Origin: Bacillota bacterium
Lineage (GTDB): Bacteria; Bacillota; Clostridia; Christensenellales; SZUA-584
Assembly: GCA_023436115.1 (NCBI GenBank)
Contig: JAEZKQ010000027.1
Location: 4,645 to 68,644 of the forward strand
Reading direction: 5' to 3'
DNA: 64,000 nucleotides
Positions 18,176 through 27,176 of this stretch are shown here, one piece after another. Position 1 is the stretch's first letter. Each line of letters starts with the position of its first letter. Both the position numbers and the translations under genes were made by a program. The notes below the pieces were generated by a model, which was given only the letters and a program-made list of their open reading frames with translations, made no database searches and had not been told where the DNA came from.

Positions 18176-18583
18176 TTAAAAGTAGTCATCATCGTCTTCA
18201 TCTTGCATATACCATCCATCCGTCATGCCCAAAAAACTGGCTGGCTGCACCATGGGAGAACCTGCAAACCCTCTGCCAAAACGGCAATTGCCAAACTGAT
18301 CGCAGCACCAGCCGGTACGGTCACAGCACACACCGAAATGGTCACAACAGCGCCCGAATCTATCGATCCAGGCACACGGAACGCCCGGCCGGATAAAGAT
18401 AGGGAATGGGAACTGCGGTGGTCTTGGCGGCCTTGGCGGTCTTGGCGGCATTGGTGGTCTGGTGGGTGGCCCCATTGGTGGTCTGGTGGGCGGCCCCATT
18501 GGTGGCCGAAACGGGGGCATTCCATCGGGACGCTGTCCCGGGCCAGGGCCTTGAACAGTTATATCGTCATAATAACTTGGCAT
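18176..18583 (-). CDS. Orphan proline-repeat, cysteine-rich (CCD heptad) acidic-tailed protein
   Basis: AGGAG lies 9 nt upstream of ATG 18583. The protein has a (PPMGPPTR)x2 and (PRP)x3 N-terminal half, then FGRCCDH/FGVCCDR/TGWCCDQ/FGNC heptads and a DEDDDDYF tail. No signal peptide is evident. Confidence 0.65.
   Translation of the reverse strand: MPSYYDDITVQGPGPGQRPDGMPPFRPPMGPPTRPPMGPPTRPPMPPRPPRPPRPPQFPFPIFIRPGVPCAWIDRFGRCCDHFGVCCDRTGWCCDQFGNCRFGRGFAGSPMVQPASFLGMTDGWYMQDEDDDDYF
18423..18497. repeat. In-frame tandem repeats inside the Cys/Pro-rich gene
   Basis: The 9-bp unit CTTGGCGGY occurs three times at 18423-18449. The 24-bp unit ATTGGTGGTCTGGTGGGYGGCCCC occurs twice at 18450-18497, with a partial third copy. 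Confidence 0.9.
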
Positions 18584-18903
18584 GTTTATCTACTCCTATC
18601 TATAAGCAATAGAGAAATATATAGGTAAAGTCTATGATGTATAGTATGCAAGCGAGGGGGCGTATGTTCTATCATCATCCAAAACGAGGGCATTTAAGCA
18701 GATTCATCAATACGATTTAACATGACGAGTCTGTTGTGTATAGGTGTTGGGTTTAAGTAACTGTATGTTTGCAAGAGTAAATGTTGAGAAACAAATACAG
18801 CTTACATTGCAATTAAGGAACGCAAAACAGAACACATATTATCCGTTTTTTCGGACAGAATATGCGCTAATATGAACATATATTCTTATCGCAGGAGGGT
18901 ACT

Positions 18904-19071
18904 ATGTGGGAAAGAATCGGTCAGTCCAGTCTGCTCATCATTGGAGCCATCGTTTTGTTTGCGGCATTAACAGTCGCATTGTTTTTATTGGAACGACATG
19001 AGGATAAAAAAGTTTGCAAGACGCGCCCTCTGCAAGCGCCACGCTACGTGAAAACAGACCGTGCCGCTTAA
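18904..19071 (+). CDS. 55-aa single-pass membrane peptide (not in the ORF track)
   Basis: AGGAGGG precedes ATG 18904. The product is MWERIGQSSLLIIGAIVLFAALTVALFLLERHEDKKVCKTRPLQAPRYVKTDRAA. Its stop overlaps the stop of the convergent radical SAM gene (TTAA at 19068-19071). Confidence 0.4.
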   Translation: MWERIGQSSLLIIGAIVLFAALTVALFLLERHEDKKVCKTRPLQAPRYVKTDRAA

Positions 19072-19940
19072 AAGAAGGTCAATTGCTCCGGCTTGGGTCT
19101 TTGCTTCGGCATTAAATAGCTGGGCATGGCATATTTTTTGCGCAGCTTTGCGATTTGCGCGTAAAGCTCCTCTTTATATTCATGATAATCGGATTTGTTT
19201 TGATACAGTCCATAGATTTTGGAATATTGTGAGGAAAAGCTTTGCCGCACGCTTTCAAAGAACCTTTTTCGCGTGGATGTTTTGAGGTTTAAAGCCCCGG
19301 TCAGCACGTAATCGGCTCCGGCATCTTTCGCTTCGCTGAAAACGGCTTCAAGACTATCAGGCGAACTTGTTAAATAGGGTATCACGGGCATCAGGTGTAC
19401 ACCGCACGAAGCGCCCGTTTTTTTGACCTCACGCACAGCGGCCATGCGTTTTGCAGGATGCGGCGAACCCGGCTCGATCAAACTGGCAGCGCGCTGGTCC
19501 ATCGTCGTGACAGTAAACGCAAGCGCAGCGCCTGCCGCCTCATTCACACGCTGAATCAGCTCAAGGTCCCTCAGCACCAGCGTGGATTTGGTGCACAGCA
19601 CAATGGGAACGCCATATTGGGCCAGCAGCGATAGCACACCGGGCATTAGTTGACACTCGCGTTCAGCCGGCTGATAATTATCTGTGATGCCGCCCAAATT
19701 CACAGGCTCACGCGAAAAACGCGGCAACTCCCGCCGCAGCACATCCGCGATATTGGTTTTGGCATAAACATCGTGGTAAAAATCTCCCCCGCCCAAATAC
19801 TCATGCGAATAGAGCGCATAGCAATAAATACAGCGGTGGGAACAGCCGCGGTACACATTAATGTCATACTTAAAAGGCAGCCATTTGGAGTTGTGGCGGT
19901 ACAGCGCTGATCGGCACGCCGTTTCGATCACGTGATCCAT
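19068..19940 (-). CDS. Radical SAM protein, SplB/Rv2578c-like (COG1533-type), no SPASM domain apparent
   Basis: It has a CSHRCIYC CxxxCxxC motif preceded by VYRGC and is about 290 aa. No SD is present. TATAAT at 19948-19953 lies 7 nt upstream of the ATG. Confidence 0.8.
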   Translation of the reverse strand: MDHVIETACRSALYRHNSKWLPFKYDINVYRGCSHRCIYCYALYSHEYLGGGDFYHDVYAKTNIADVLRRELPRFSREPVNLGGITDNYQPAERECQLMPGVLSLLAQYGVPIVLCTKSTLVLRDLELIQRVNEAAGAALAFTVTTMDQRAASLIEPGSPHPAKRMAAVREVKKTGASCGVHLMPVIPYLTSSPDSLEAVFSEAKDAGADYVLTGALNLKTSTRKRFFESVRQSFSSQYSKIYGLYQNKSDYHEYKEELYAQIAKLRKKYAMPSYLMPKQRPKPEQLTFF

Positions 19941-19948
19941 AAACTGTA

Positions 19949-20308
19949 TTATACGCTCTTCACGCGCCCCGTGGCAACGATATCCACACCCGTTCCCAAA
20001 ATATCTTTGATGAGCACATCACCGATTTCCACAGGCGCCGTGGCCTGAGCCGCATTGATGACCGCCATGCAATCCCGAAGCTTGTTTTTGGGTAACGGCG
20101 TTTGGGACTTCACGCTCACAAGACCACCGCCTGCTACGCGCATCGTCGTGGTCAGTGTGCGGCGCGGATCGGTCAGCTCCGCACGTGCATACGTTTCACC
20201 GCGCTTGCAGCGGTAACCCGCTAGTTCGGCAATTTTATCACCGTCCATAAGCGCCTTGATGGCGCAGCCCTGCGGACAGACGGTACATGTGATATTCTTT
20301 TCTTCCAT
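19949..20308 (-). CDS. DUF1667 domain protein (third subunit of the clostridial/Thermotoga-type GlpA-like cluster)
   Basis: CTVCPQGC...YRCKRGETYA...TTTMRV...SVKSQTPLPK...GVDIVATG matches the DUF1667 pattern. Confidence 0.8.
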   Translation of the reverse strand: MEEKNITCTVCPQGCAIKALMDGDKIAELAGYRCKRGETYARAELTDPRRTLTTTMRVAGGGLVSVKSQTPLPKNKLRDCMAVINAAQATAPVEIGDVLIKDILGTGVDIVATGRVKSV

Positions 20309-20309
20309 G

Positions 20310-21545
20310 TTAAGCTTCCTCCACGCTGATGGTTATATCGCCCGTTATATCGGCTCCGCAAATTTTCAGGCTTTCCATCTCGCCGGGCGCACAGACCGGT
20401 TTCTTTTGTCGTGCCACAACGGTATTCCCGCACCGTGCCACTGTCACGCAGTTCTTGTATACATCCCTCACGCGGAAGAAGAGTATCTTGTCAGCGCCGT
20501 CCTGTATCAGCTGTTGCGGTACCACATAACGCACCCCATTTCCTGCCGCGGCTCGGAAAGCATCCCGCTCCTCGAAAGGCCTACAGAGATATTTCGCGGC
20601 ATACGCCCCCGCCCGCGTGGCTTCCTCGGTCACAAAATCCACAAGATCGTGCACCTGCACCGCGTTTCCGCACGCAAACACACCTTCTACGGACGTTTGC
20701 ATTCGGCTATCCACCACCGGGCCGCCCGTGACGGGGTCGATCTGTATATCCATGCCGCGTGACAGTTCGTTCTCGGGTATCAGCCCCACGGAGAGCAGCA
20801 GCGTATCGCAGGGCACGTATTCTTCGGTTTCCAGAATGGGTATACCGTTCCCGTCCACCGCCGCGACGGTCACGCCCTCCACGCGCTTCGTGCCGTGTAT
20901 GCGCGTCACGGTATGCGACATCTTGAGTGGTATGCCAAAATCGTCAAGGCACTGCACGATGTTTCTTTTGAGCCCGCCCGAATACGGCATCAGCTCCAGC
21001 ACCATTTTGACATGTGCACCCTCCAGCGTCATACGCCGCGCCATGATCAGGCCGATATCACCCGAGCCCAATATCACAACCTCTTTGCCGGGCAGATAGC
21101 CTTCGATATTCACGAATCGCTGTGCCATCCCCGCCGTGAATACGCCCGCAGGCCGATCACCCGTGAGCATCAGCGCACCCGCGCTGCGTTCGCGGCAGCC
21201 CATCGCGAGCACCACCGCGCCCGCCTCAACCGTACAAAGCCCCGTCTCGGGTCCTACGATGGTGAGTACACGCTCACGCGAAATATCCAGCACCATCGTT
21301 CCCGTCAGACAGCGAATACCCAACGCTAAAGCTTTATCCGCAAAACGCGCCGCGTATTCGGGCCCGGTCAGCTCTTCACCGAATACATGCAGCCCGAAAC
21401 CGTTGTGTATGCACTGGTTCAGTATGCCGCCCAGATGTGCTTCCCTGTCGATCACGACAACGTCCTTTGCGCCGTTTTCCTTTGCCGCAATAGCTGCGGC
21501 CAATCCCGCCGGACCCGCCCCGACCACGGCCACATCCACCTTCAT
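20310..21545 (-). CDS. NAD(P)/FAD-dependent pyridine nucleotide-disulfide-type oxidoreductase
   Basis: Two Rossmann motifs are present (VVGAGPAGLAAA and ILGSGDIGL). ATG 21545 overlaps the upstream gene's stop (ATGA). Confidence 0.85.
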   Translation of the reverse strand: MKVDVAVVGAGPAGLAAAIAAKENGAKDVVVIDREAHLGGILNQCIHNGFGLHVFGEELTGPEYAARFADKALALGIRCLTGTMVLDISRERVLTIVGPETGLCTVEAGAVVLAMGCRERSAGALMLTGDRPAGVFTAGMAQRFVNIEGYLPGKEVVILGSGDIGLIMARRMTLEGAHVKMVLELMPYSGGLKRNIVQCLDDFGIPLKMSHTVTRIHGTKRVEGVTVAAVDGNGIPILETEEYVPCDTLLLSVGLIPENELSRGMDIQIDPVTGGPVVDSRMQTSVEGVFACGNAVQVHDLVDFVTEEATRAGAYAAKYLCRPFEERDAFRAAAGNGVRYVVPQQLIQDGADKILFFRVRDVYKNCVTVARCGNTVVARQKKPVCAPGEMESLKICGADITGDITISVEEA

Positions 21546-22981
21546 TGCGCGTCCTCCTTCGTCTTGTCTGCGAGAATCCAGGCGCCCTCGCCGCTCTTGG
21601 TGACCGTTTTTAGATCCGTCCCGAGCTCCCGCGATAGAATCTCCATCACACGCGGCATGCAAAAGCCGCCATGGCAGCGCCCGAAGCCGGCGGAGGTACG
21701 CAGCTTCACACCGTCCACTGTGGTTGCGCCGCAGGGTCTGTGTATGCTCTGCACAATCTCAGCCTCCGTGACTTGCTCGCACCGACACACGACGTTGGTA
21801 TAGCGTTTGTCCATTTGGATCAGCTCCGCGCGCCTTTCAGGCGTGGCATGCGCAAACACCTCAATGGGCTTTCTGGTACGCACCGCCGAAGCCTTCTTCT
21901 TGGGGCTCATGCCCATCGCTATCAACATCTCAGCCACATATTCGGCAATGGCCGGTGCGGAAGTGAGACCCGGTGATTCGATACCCGCCACGTTCACAAA
22001 CCCCGGCGTGCTTTTGGATTCTTCAATGATAAAGTCATGCGTGCTTCCTGCCGCTCGCAGCCCCGCAAACACGGTGATCGCATTGCGCTTGTCAATAGAC
22101 GGTACATACCGCCGCACACCATCCATCACAGCCTGCATACCTTCGGGCGTGGTGGCTGTATCGTCCTTGCCGGTGAATTCTGCCGTCGGCCCCGCGATCA
22201 TGTTTCCATGCGCGGTCGGCCCGAACAACACACCCTTGCCTTTCTCAGACGGCGCGCCGAATATCACACTTCGGGTTCTCACAGGCTGGCTCTTGTCAAA
22301 AAGTACATACTCACCGCGCCGCGCCTTGATCTCAAAGCTTTCACCACCCGCCATGCGCGACATCTCATCCGCGTACACGCCCGTGGCATTCACGACAAAC
22401 CGTGTCTGAATGCGCTTCTCCCCCGCCTCGATGGTAATAATGTCACCTTTATTCTGTATCTTCGTCACACGACTGTTCAAAAACACCTGTACGCCATTCT
22501 CCACGGCGTTTTCTATAGACGCGATAGCCAGCTCAAACGGGCTGACGATGCCGCCTGTGGGCGCCCACAGCGCCGACTGTATGGCCTTGCTCAAATGGGG
22601 CTCTCTACGCCTTACCTCATCGCCTGATATTCGCTCGACGGGAACGCCGTTCTCAGCCGCACGCACCATCAGTTCATCAAGGCTCTTTTCATCGTCATCA
22701 TCAAACGCCACCACAAGCGAACCGCAAATATCATAGGGTACACCCAGCTCTTTCACCGCTGTCGTCATCAATTTGCTGCCGCGCACGTTCATGCGCGCCT
22801 TCATGCTGCCGGGCAGCGCATCGAACCCTGCGTGAACGATACCGCTGTTGGCGCGTGTGGCCCCTGCGGCCACATCTGCCGCCGCTTCAATCACGCACAC
22901 GGATGCCTCATAAAACGACAGCTCCCGTGCGATCATACAACCGGATATGCCTGCACCGATCACGGCTACATCATAGATCAT
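21542..22981 (-). CDS. FAD-dependent glycerol-3-phosphate dehydrogenase/oxidase-like protein with C-terminal BFD-like [2Fe-2S] domain
   Basis: It has the DVAVIGAGISGC FAD motif and a C-terminal CRCEQVTEAEI...CHGGFC motif. GGAAAGGAG precedes ATG 22981. Confidence 0.85.
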   Translation of the reverse strand: MIYDVAVIGAGISGCMIARELSFYEASVCVIEAAADVAAGATRANSGIVHAGFDALPGSMKARMNVRGSKLMTTAVKELGVPYDICGSLVVAFDDDDEKSLDELMVRAAENGVPVERISGDEVRRREPHLSKAIQSALWAPTGGIVSPFELAIASIENAVENGVQVFLNSRVTKIQNKGDIITIEAGEKRIQTRFVVNATGVYADEMSRMAGGESFEIKARRGEYVLFDKSQPVRTRSVIFGAPSEKGKGVLFGPTAHGNMIAGPTAEFTGKDDTATTPEGMQAVMDGVRRYVPSIDKRNAITVFAGLRAAGSTHDFIIEESKSTPGFVNVAGIESPGLTSAPAIAEYVAEMLIAMGMSPKKKASAVRTRKPIEVFAHATPERRAELIQMDKRYTNVVCRCEQVTEAEIVQSIHRPCGATTVDGVKLRTSAGFGRCHGGFCMPRVMEILSRELGTDLKTVTKSGEGAWILADKTKEDAQ

Positions 22982-23008
22982 GTAGACTCCTTTCCTAACT
23001 CCTGAAAC

Positions 23009-23044
23009 AATATAAAAAGCCACACCAAAAAAATCTGGTGCGGC
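23009..23044 (-). terminator. Leader terminator upstream of the glpA-like operon
   Basis: The minus-strand RNA reads GCCGCACC-agattttttt-GGTGTGGC-UUUUUAUAUU. The stem is 8 bp with 1 G-U pair and lies about 38 nt before the start codon. Confidence 0.55.
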
Positions 23045-23072
23045 TCATTTCTCCTGCCTATTCAGTAATTTT

Positions 23073-23101
23073 ATTATAACTCAAATCTTGATGTGTTTCA
23101 A
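23073..23101 (-). promoter_or_regulatory. Consensus-like promoter of the glpA-like operon
   Basis: On the minus strand, TTGAAA (23101-23096) is followed by a 17-nt spacer and TATAAT (23078-23073). Confidence 0.5.
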
Positions 23102-23191
23102 TGGCGGCGCTCATAACGGACAGGTTTTTTTATTACCCATACTCGCAAGCAGTAATGAATACCCGTAAAAGATAAAGCTGTGTTAGATAAA

Positions 23192-23237
23192 ATATAAAAA
23201 AGCCCTTTATAAGAGGCATCCCGCCGTCAAGGGCTTT
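23192..23237 (-). terminator. Intrinsic terminator after the GNAT gene
   Basis: The stem pairs AAAGCCCTT with AAGGGCTTT and is followed by a U-run on the minus strand. Confidence 0.6.
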
Positions 23238-23281
23238 ATCATGTCATTCGATACGTATCGCACAGGTATAAAAAGGTCAGA

Positions 23282-23779
23282 CTACAAAAGGCGCTTTTCG
23301 AACAGATAAAACAACCCTTTTCGAATATTCATCTCGCCTGCCCGGCGGTACCCGAGGCTCTCATAAAGCCTCAGTGCATAGGGATTCTGTGAAAAAGCGT
23401 CCAGCCTTACGGACTTATACCCTTTTCCAATAAGCATGGCTTCCGCAAGCACCATCACCTGTCTGCCGTATCCTTTATGCTGGCAGACGGGATCGATACA
23501 CAGCCGGTGCACCACACCTGCCGGCTCACTGTAAATCCAGTTTGCCTTGGCATATTCCTCGTCTTGACAGTCGTTGAGCACGACCGCGCCAACGATACGC
23601 TCGTCGTCACACACAACATACAAATCGTTTTGTTTAATATCACTTTGCAGCGTTTCTTTAGATGGGTATATCTCGTCCCATTGGAAGATACCGCGTCGGC
23701 ACATGTCGTCAATAGCCTCTGCGAAAATTCCAATCACATTTTGCAGGTCATCGGCTTTTGCCTGCTGCAGCGTCAGCAT
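23282..23779 (-). CDS. GNAT-family N-acetyltransferase
   Basis: The acetyl-CoA binding region reads RLCIDPVCQHKGYGRQVM (Q/RxxGxG/A). It is about 165 aa. Confidence 0.8.
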   Translation of the reverse strand: MLTLQQAKADDLQNVIGIFAEAIDDMCRRGIFQWDEIYPSKETLQSDIKQNDLYVVCDDERIVGAVVLNDCQDEEYAKANWIYSEPAGVVHRLCIDPVCQHKGYGRQVMVLAEAMLIGKGYKSVRLDAFSQNPYALRLYESLGYRRAGEMNIRKGLFYLFEKRLL

Positions 23780-24066
23780 CAGAGCTTGATTGTCGGGTCT
23801 TTAGGCCGCGCACGGTACAGTACGAACTTTCGGCCCGAGCTGGATACGGCTTCCGCGCCCGTCGCTTTGGCGATCTCAGCAACCATTTCCGCCGCGGTCA
23901 CCGGTGCGTTTTGCTGAACGGTGCCTTTGATAAGCTCCCGGGCTGTCAGCGCCTCATCCACTTGAACGATCACATTTTCGGTTAATCCCGCTTTTCCCAC
24001 ATAGATGATGGGGTCTAAATTATTGGCCATCGCGCGCAGCGTGGCGCGTTGTTTGCTGGTTAGCAT
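23779..24066 (-). CDS. yhbY: Ribosome-assembly RNA-binding protein YhbY (CRM domain)
   Basis: LTSKQRATLRAMANNLDPIIYVGKAGLTENV...ELIK is the YhbY signature. It lies downstream of obg. Confidence 0.85.
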   Translation of the reverse strand: MLTSKQRATLRAMANNLDPIIYVGKAGLTENVIVQVDEALTARELIKGTVQQNAPVTAAEMVAEIAKATGAEAVSSSGRKFVLYRARPKDPTIKL

Positions 24067-24080
24067 AATGATATCCCTTC

Positions 24081-25349
24081 TTAATCCACAAAATCGAAAT
24101 CCAGCCCTTCAAGGCTGACCGTATCGCCTGTCTGCGCGCCCGCTTTACGCAGCGCCTTGATGATGCCGTAATCTTTAAGCAGCTTTTGAAAATGGCGCAT
24201 AGAATCGGGGTCTTCCGGATCGGTCTTAGCCAATATCTCGTGGATGACCGCTCCTTCCACAAAGTAGACACCGTCTTCATGGAAAACATCGAAGCCCATA
24301 TCATCTTTCTCAAGCGCCCATTCTTCGATCACGCCGTCCTCTTCTACAGGCTCTGGGATAGGCAGTTGGCTCAGCATATCCGACGTTTTTTCCAGCAACG
24401 CTTTTGTGCCTTCACCGATAGCCGCGCAGGCCTCAAACATCTCAATGCCATGCGGCGAAAGGTACTCGCGCAGCCTTGCCGCGTTTTCATCCGCACCCGG
24501 CGCATCCATTTTGTTGGCCACCACGATCTCGGGCCGTTCCTGAAGCGCGGGCGAATAGTTTAGCAGCTCATGGCGGATCACCTTATAATCCTCAATGATA
24601 TCACGGCCTTCTTCGCAGGACGCATCCACCACATGGACTAGCATGCGTGTACGCTCGATATGGCGCAGAAAGTCGTGCCCGAGGCCTGCACCCTCATGCG
24701 CACCTTCGATGAGCCCCGGGATATCAGCCATGATAAAGCTTTTGTCGTACCATTGTACCACACCTAAGTTGGGAGACAGTGTTGTAAAATGATAGGCCGC
24801 AATTTTAGGCCGGGCGCTTGTGCACGCCGCAAGCAGCGTGGATTTGCCCACGCTCGGAAAGCCGATGAGCCCCACGTCCGCAATGGTTTTGAGCTCCAGC
24901 ACCACAAACCGGCCCTTTGTCTTGCGCCCGGGCGTCGCAAAACGCGGGTTCTGACGTGTGGGTGTCGCAAAACGCGCATTACCTTTGCCGCCCATGCCGC
25001 CCGAAAGCAGCTTTCTGCGCCCGGTGCGCATATCCGCCGCCACACGTCCCGTATCAAAGTCTTTAATGACCGTGCCCGGCGGCACATGAATCACAAGGTC
25101 TTCCCCGGTCTTGCCGCGCATGTTTTTCTTCTTGCCGATCTCGCCGTTCTGCGCGACGTACTTTTGCTGGTATTTAAAATCCATAAGTGTGCGCATGCTT
25201 TCGTCCACTTCGAATATGACCGCGCCGCCTTCACCGCCGTCTCCGCCGTCCGGACCGCCTGCACTCACATATTTTTCTTTGCGGAAAGACACATAGCCGT
25301 TGCCGCCGTCACCAGCTTTTATATAAATTTTCGCTTTGTCAACAAACAT
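24081..25349 (-). CDS. obg: GTPase Obg/CgtA
   Basis: MFVDKAKIYIKAGDGGNG is the Obg fold. G motifs GFPSVGKST and DIPGLIEGA are present, along with a C-terminal OCT domain. Confidence 0.95.
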   Translation of the reverse strand: MFVDKAKIYIKAGDGGNGYVSFRKEKYVSAGGPDGGDGGEGGAVIFEVDESMRTLMDFKYQQKYVAQNGEIGKKKNMRGKTGEDLVIHVPPGTVIKDFDTGRVAADMRTGRRKLLSGGMGGKGNARFATPTRQNPRFATPGRKTKGRFVVLELKTIADVGLIGFPSVGKSTLLAACTSARPKIAAYHFTTLSPNLGVVQWYDKSFIMADIPGLIEGAHEGAGLGHDFLRHIERTRMLVHVVDASCEEGRDIIEDYKVIRHELLNYSPALQERPEIVVANKMDAPGADENAARLREYLSPHGIEMFEACAAIGEGTKALLEKTSDMLSQLPIPEPVEEDGVIEEWALEKDDMGFDVFHEDGVYFVEGAVIHEILAKTDPEDPDSMRHFQKLLKDYGIIKALRKAGAQTGDTVSLEGLDFDFVD

Positions 25350-25976
25350 TTATAGTTCCTTCCTGCCCGTCGGGCAGATATCTAATAAAAAACACCGGCC
25401 GCATTCCGGCTTTCGCGCGCTGCATATTTGACGTCCATGCCAGATCAGCCAATGATGCGCGTCCGACCACTTGTCCTGCGGTATATTTTTTTGCAGCTGC
25501 ATCTCCGTTTCCAATACATCCTTGGCGTTCGCAAGCCCCAACCGATTGGACACGCGAAAGACGTGCGTATCCACAGCGATCGCGGGAACACCAAAAGCGT
25601 TTGAAAGAACAACATTGGCCGTCTTTCGCCCAACGCCGGGCAGCGCGGTCAACTCATCCAAAGTGCGCGGCACTTCCCCGTTATACTTGTCCACGAGTAT
25701 CTGACACGTTGCCAGTACATTCTGGGCCTTGGTATGATAAAACCCGCAACTTTTAATGTAGCCTTCCAGTTCAATCTGGCTTAATGCGAGCATGCTCGCC
25801 GCATCGGGCGCCGCATCAAAAAGCGCCTTCGTCACGGCATTCACCTGCCTGTCCGTGGTTTGGGCGGACAGCATCGTAGCGATCAGCAGCTCAAAAGCAT
25901 TGCGGTAATGAAGACCCGGCCGTGCGCCTATGTAGTGCGCTTGCAGCCGCTTTAGTATTTGCGTATTGTCACTCAT
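25350..25976 (-). CDS. nth: Endonuclease III
   Basis: It has an HhH-GPD motif (LPGVGRKTANVVL) and the C-terminal CxxxxxxCxxCxxxxxC iron-sulfur cluster motif. GGGGGA precedes ATG 25976, and its stop abuts the obg start. Confidence 0.9.
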   Translation of the reverse strand: MSDNTQILKRLQAHYIGARPGLHYRNAFELLIATMLSAQTTDRQVNAVTKALFDAAPDAASMLALSQIELEGYIKSCGFYHTKAQNVLATCQILVDKYNGEVPRTLDELTALPGVGRKTANVVLSNAFGVPAIAVDTHVFRVSNRLGLANAKDVLETEMQLQKNIPQDKWSDAHHWLIWHGRQICSARKPECGRCFLLDICPTGRKEL

Positions 25977-26098
25977 ATCCAATTCCCCCGCTTTGCTAAT
26001 CGCTATTATACTCATACGGCCTTAAAAAAACAAACATTATTTCGATATGGGTCTGTTTTGCAGCGAATATTTTAATTTGCATTGCAGAAAATAGTCGC

Positions 26099-26803
26099 AT
26101 GTTTAATGTGATTATCAAAACAGTCATACTCTATTTTTTCGCGATGCTCGTGATCCGCCTGATGGGTAAACGCCAGGCCGGAGAGCTGCAGCCTTTCGAG
26201 CTGATTATCGCTGTCATGATCGCCGAGGTTGCCGCCACACCCATGGACGGCCCCGGCATTCCCATCACCTACGGCATCGTCCCTGTTATTGTCCTGCTGG
26301 TGATGCACAACGCGATTGCTTTTGTCTCTATAAAAAGCGATAAGCTGCGCGCTTTCTTCTCGGGCAAGCCCAGTATTGTGATCCATAAGGGTATCATCTG
26401 TCATAAAGAACTCAAACGGCTCAGTTATAATTTAAACGACCTTTTGGAACAGCTGCGTACCAAAGACGTCATGAGCTTGAGCGATGTCCACTACGCGGTT
26501 CTTGAAACAAACGGAGAGCTTTCCGTGATGCTCAAGCCTGAGAAACGCGGTCTGACACCGGAGGATATGAACATGTCTCCGGCCAATCCCGGTTTTTGCT
26601 ATGATGTGATACTTGACGGCAGATTAAAACCCAATAACTTGACGCAACTTGGTTTTACCCAGAATCAACTGATGGGCTTTCTTAATACCAACAACATCAA
26701 GCGTGTTAAAGACGTGTTTTTAGCGACCATTGATGAGACGGGAAGCGTTCTGATTCAAGACTATCACGGCAAGCAGCTGACAGGAAGCTTGAGCAATGGG
26801 TAA
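26099..26803 (+). CDS. DUF421 (YetF/YdfS-like) membrane protein
   Basis: The N-terminal TMs with RLMGKRQAGELQPFELI and the C-terminal soluble domain are typical of DUF421. Confidence 0.8.
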   Translation: MFNVIIKTVILYFFAMLVIRLMGKRQAGELQPFELIIAVMIAEVAATPMDGPGIPITYGIVPVIVLLVMHNAIAFVSIKSDKLRAFFSGKPSIVIHKGIICHKELKRLSYNLNDLLEQLRTKDVMSLSDVHYAVLETNGELSVMLKPEKRGLTPEDMNMSPANPGFCYDVILDGRLKPNNLTQLGFTQNQLMGFLNTNNIKRVKDVFLATIDETGSVLIQDYHGKQLTGSLSNG

Positions 26804-27176
26804 GAAAATTACAATTGCCGTTTTACTGATTCTCATACTGGGGGGGGCGATTTGGCAGCATATATACATCACCGGTGCCACCGAAAAGCTTACCGAAGAA
26901 CTAAGCTTGGTCAGTGAATCACTGAAAAGCGAAGATTATGACAAGGCTTTGAAAACCGCAGAGACGTTCGCCGAAAACTGGGAAAAAGAAAAGCATCTCT
27001 ATGAGACACTTTTTGAGCACGAAGAGATCGATATGATTTCCGAACGCACACAACGGATGGTTGAGTTGTGCTATGCCAAAGATCAAGGCGAAGCGCTGGC
27101 TGAAACCGCCGCCACTCTCTATTATATCCGCCATATACACCAGATTGACAGCATAAAATGGGAGAATATTTTCTAG
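26796..27176 (+). CDS. DUF4363-like small membrane-anchored protein
   Basis: It overlaps the DUF421 gene by 8 nt and has an N-terminal TM plus a helical domain. This pairing with DUF421 is common. It contains a G8 tract at 26840-26847. Confidence 0.65.
   Translation: MGKKITIAVLLILILGGAIWQHIYITGATEKLTEELSLVSESLKSEDYDKALKTAETFAENWEKEKHLYETLFEHEEIDMISERTQRMVELCYAKDQGEALAETAATLYYIRHIHQIDSIKWENIF

Noticed and set aside
18164-18628. 154-aa + strand ORF and 100-aa alternative-frame ORF overlapping the Cys/Pro-rich gene
   Set aside because: The repetitive GC-rich repeats keep several frames open. Only the minus-strand frame at 18176-18583 has an AGGAG RBS and a coherent repeat and heptad organisation.
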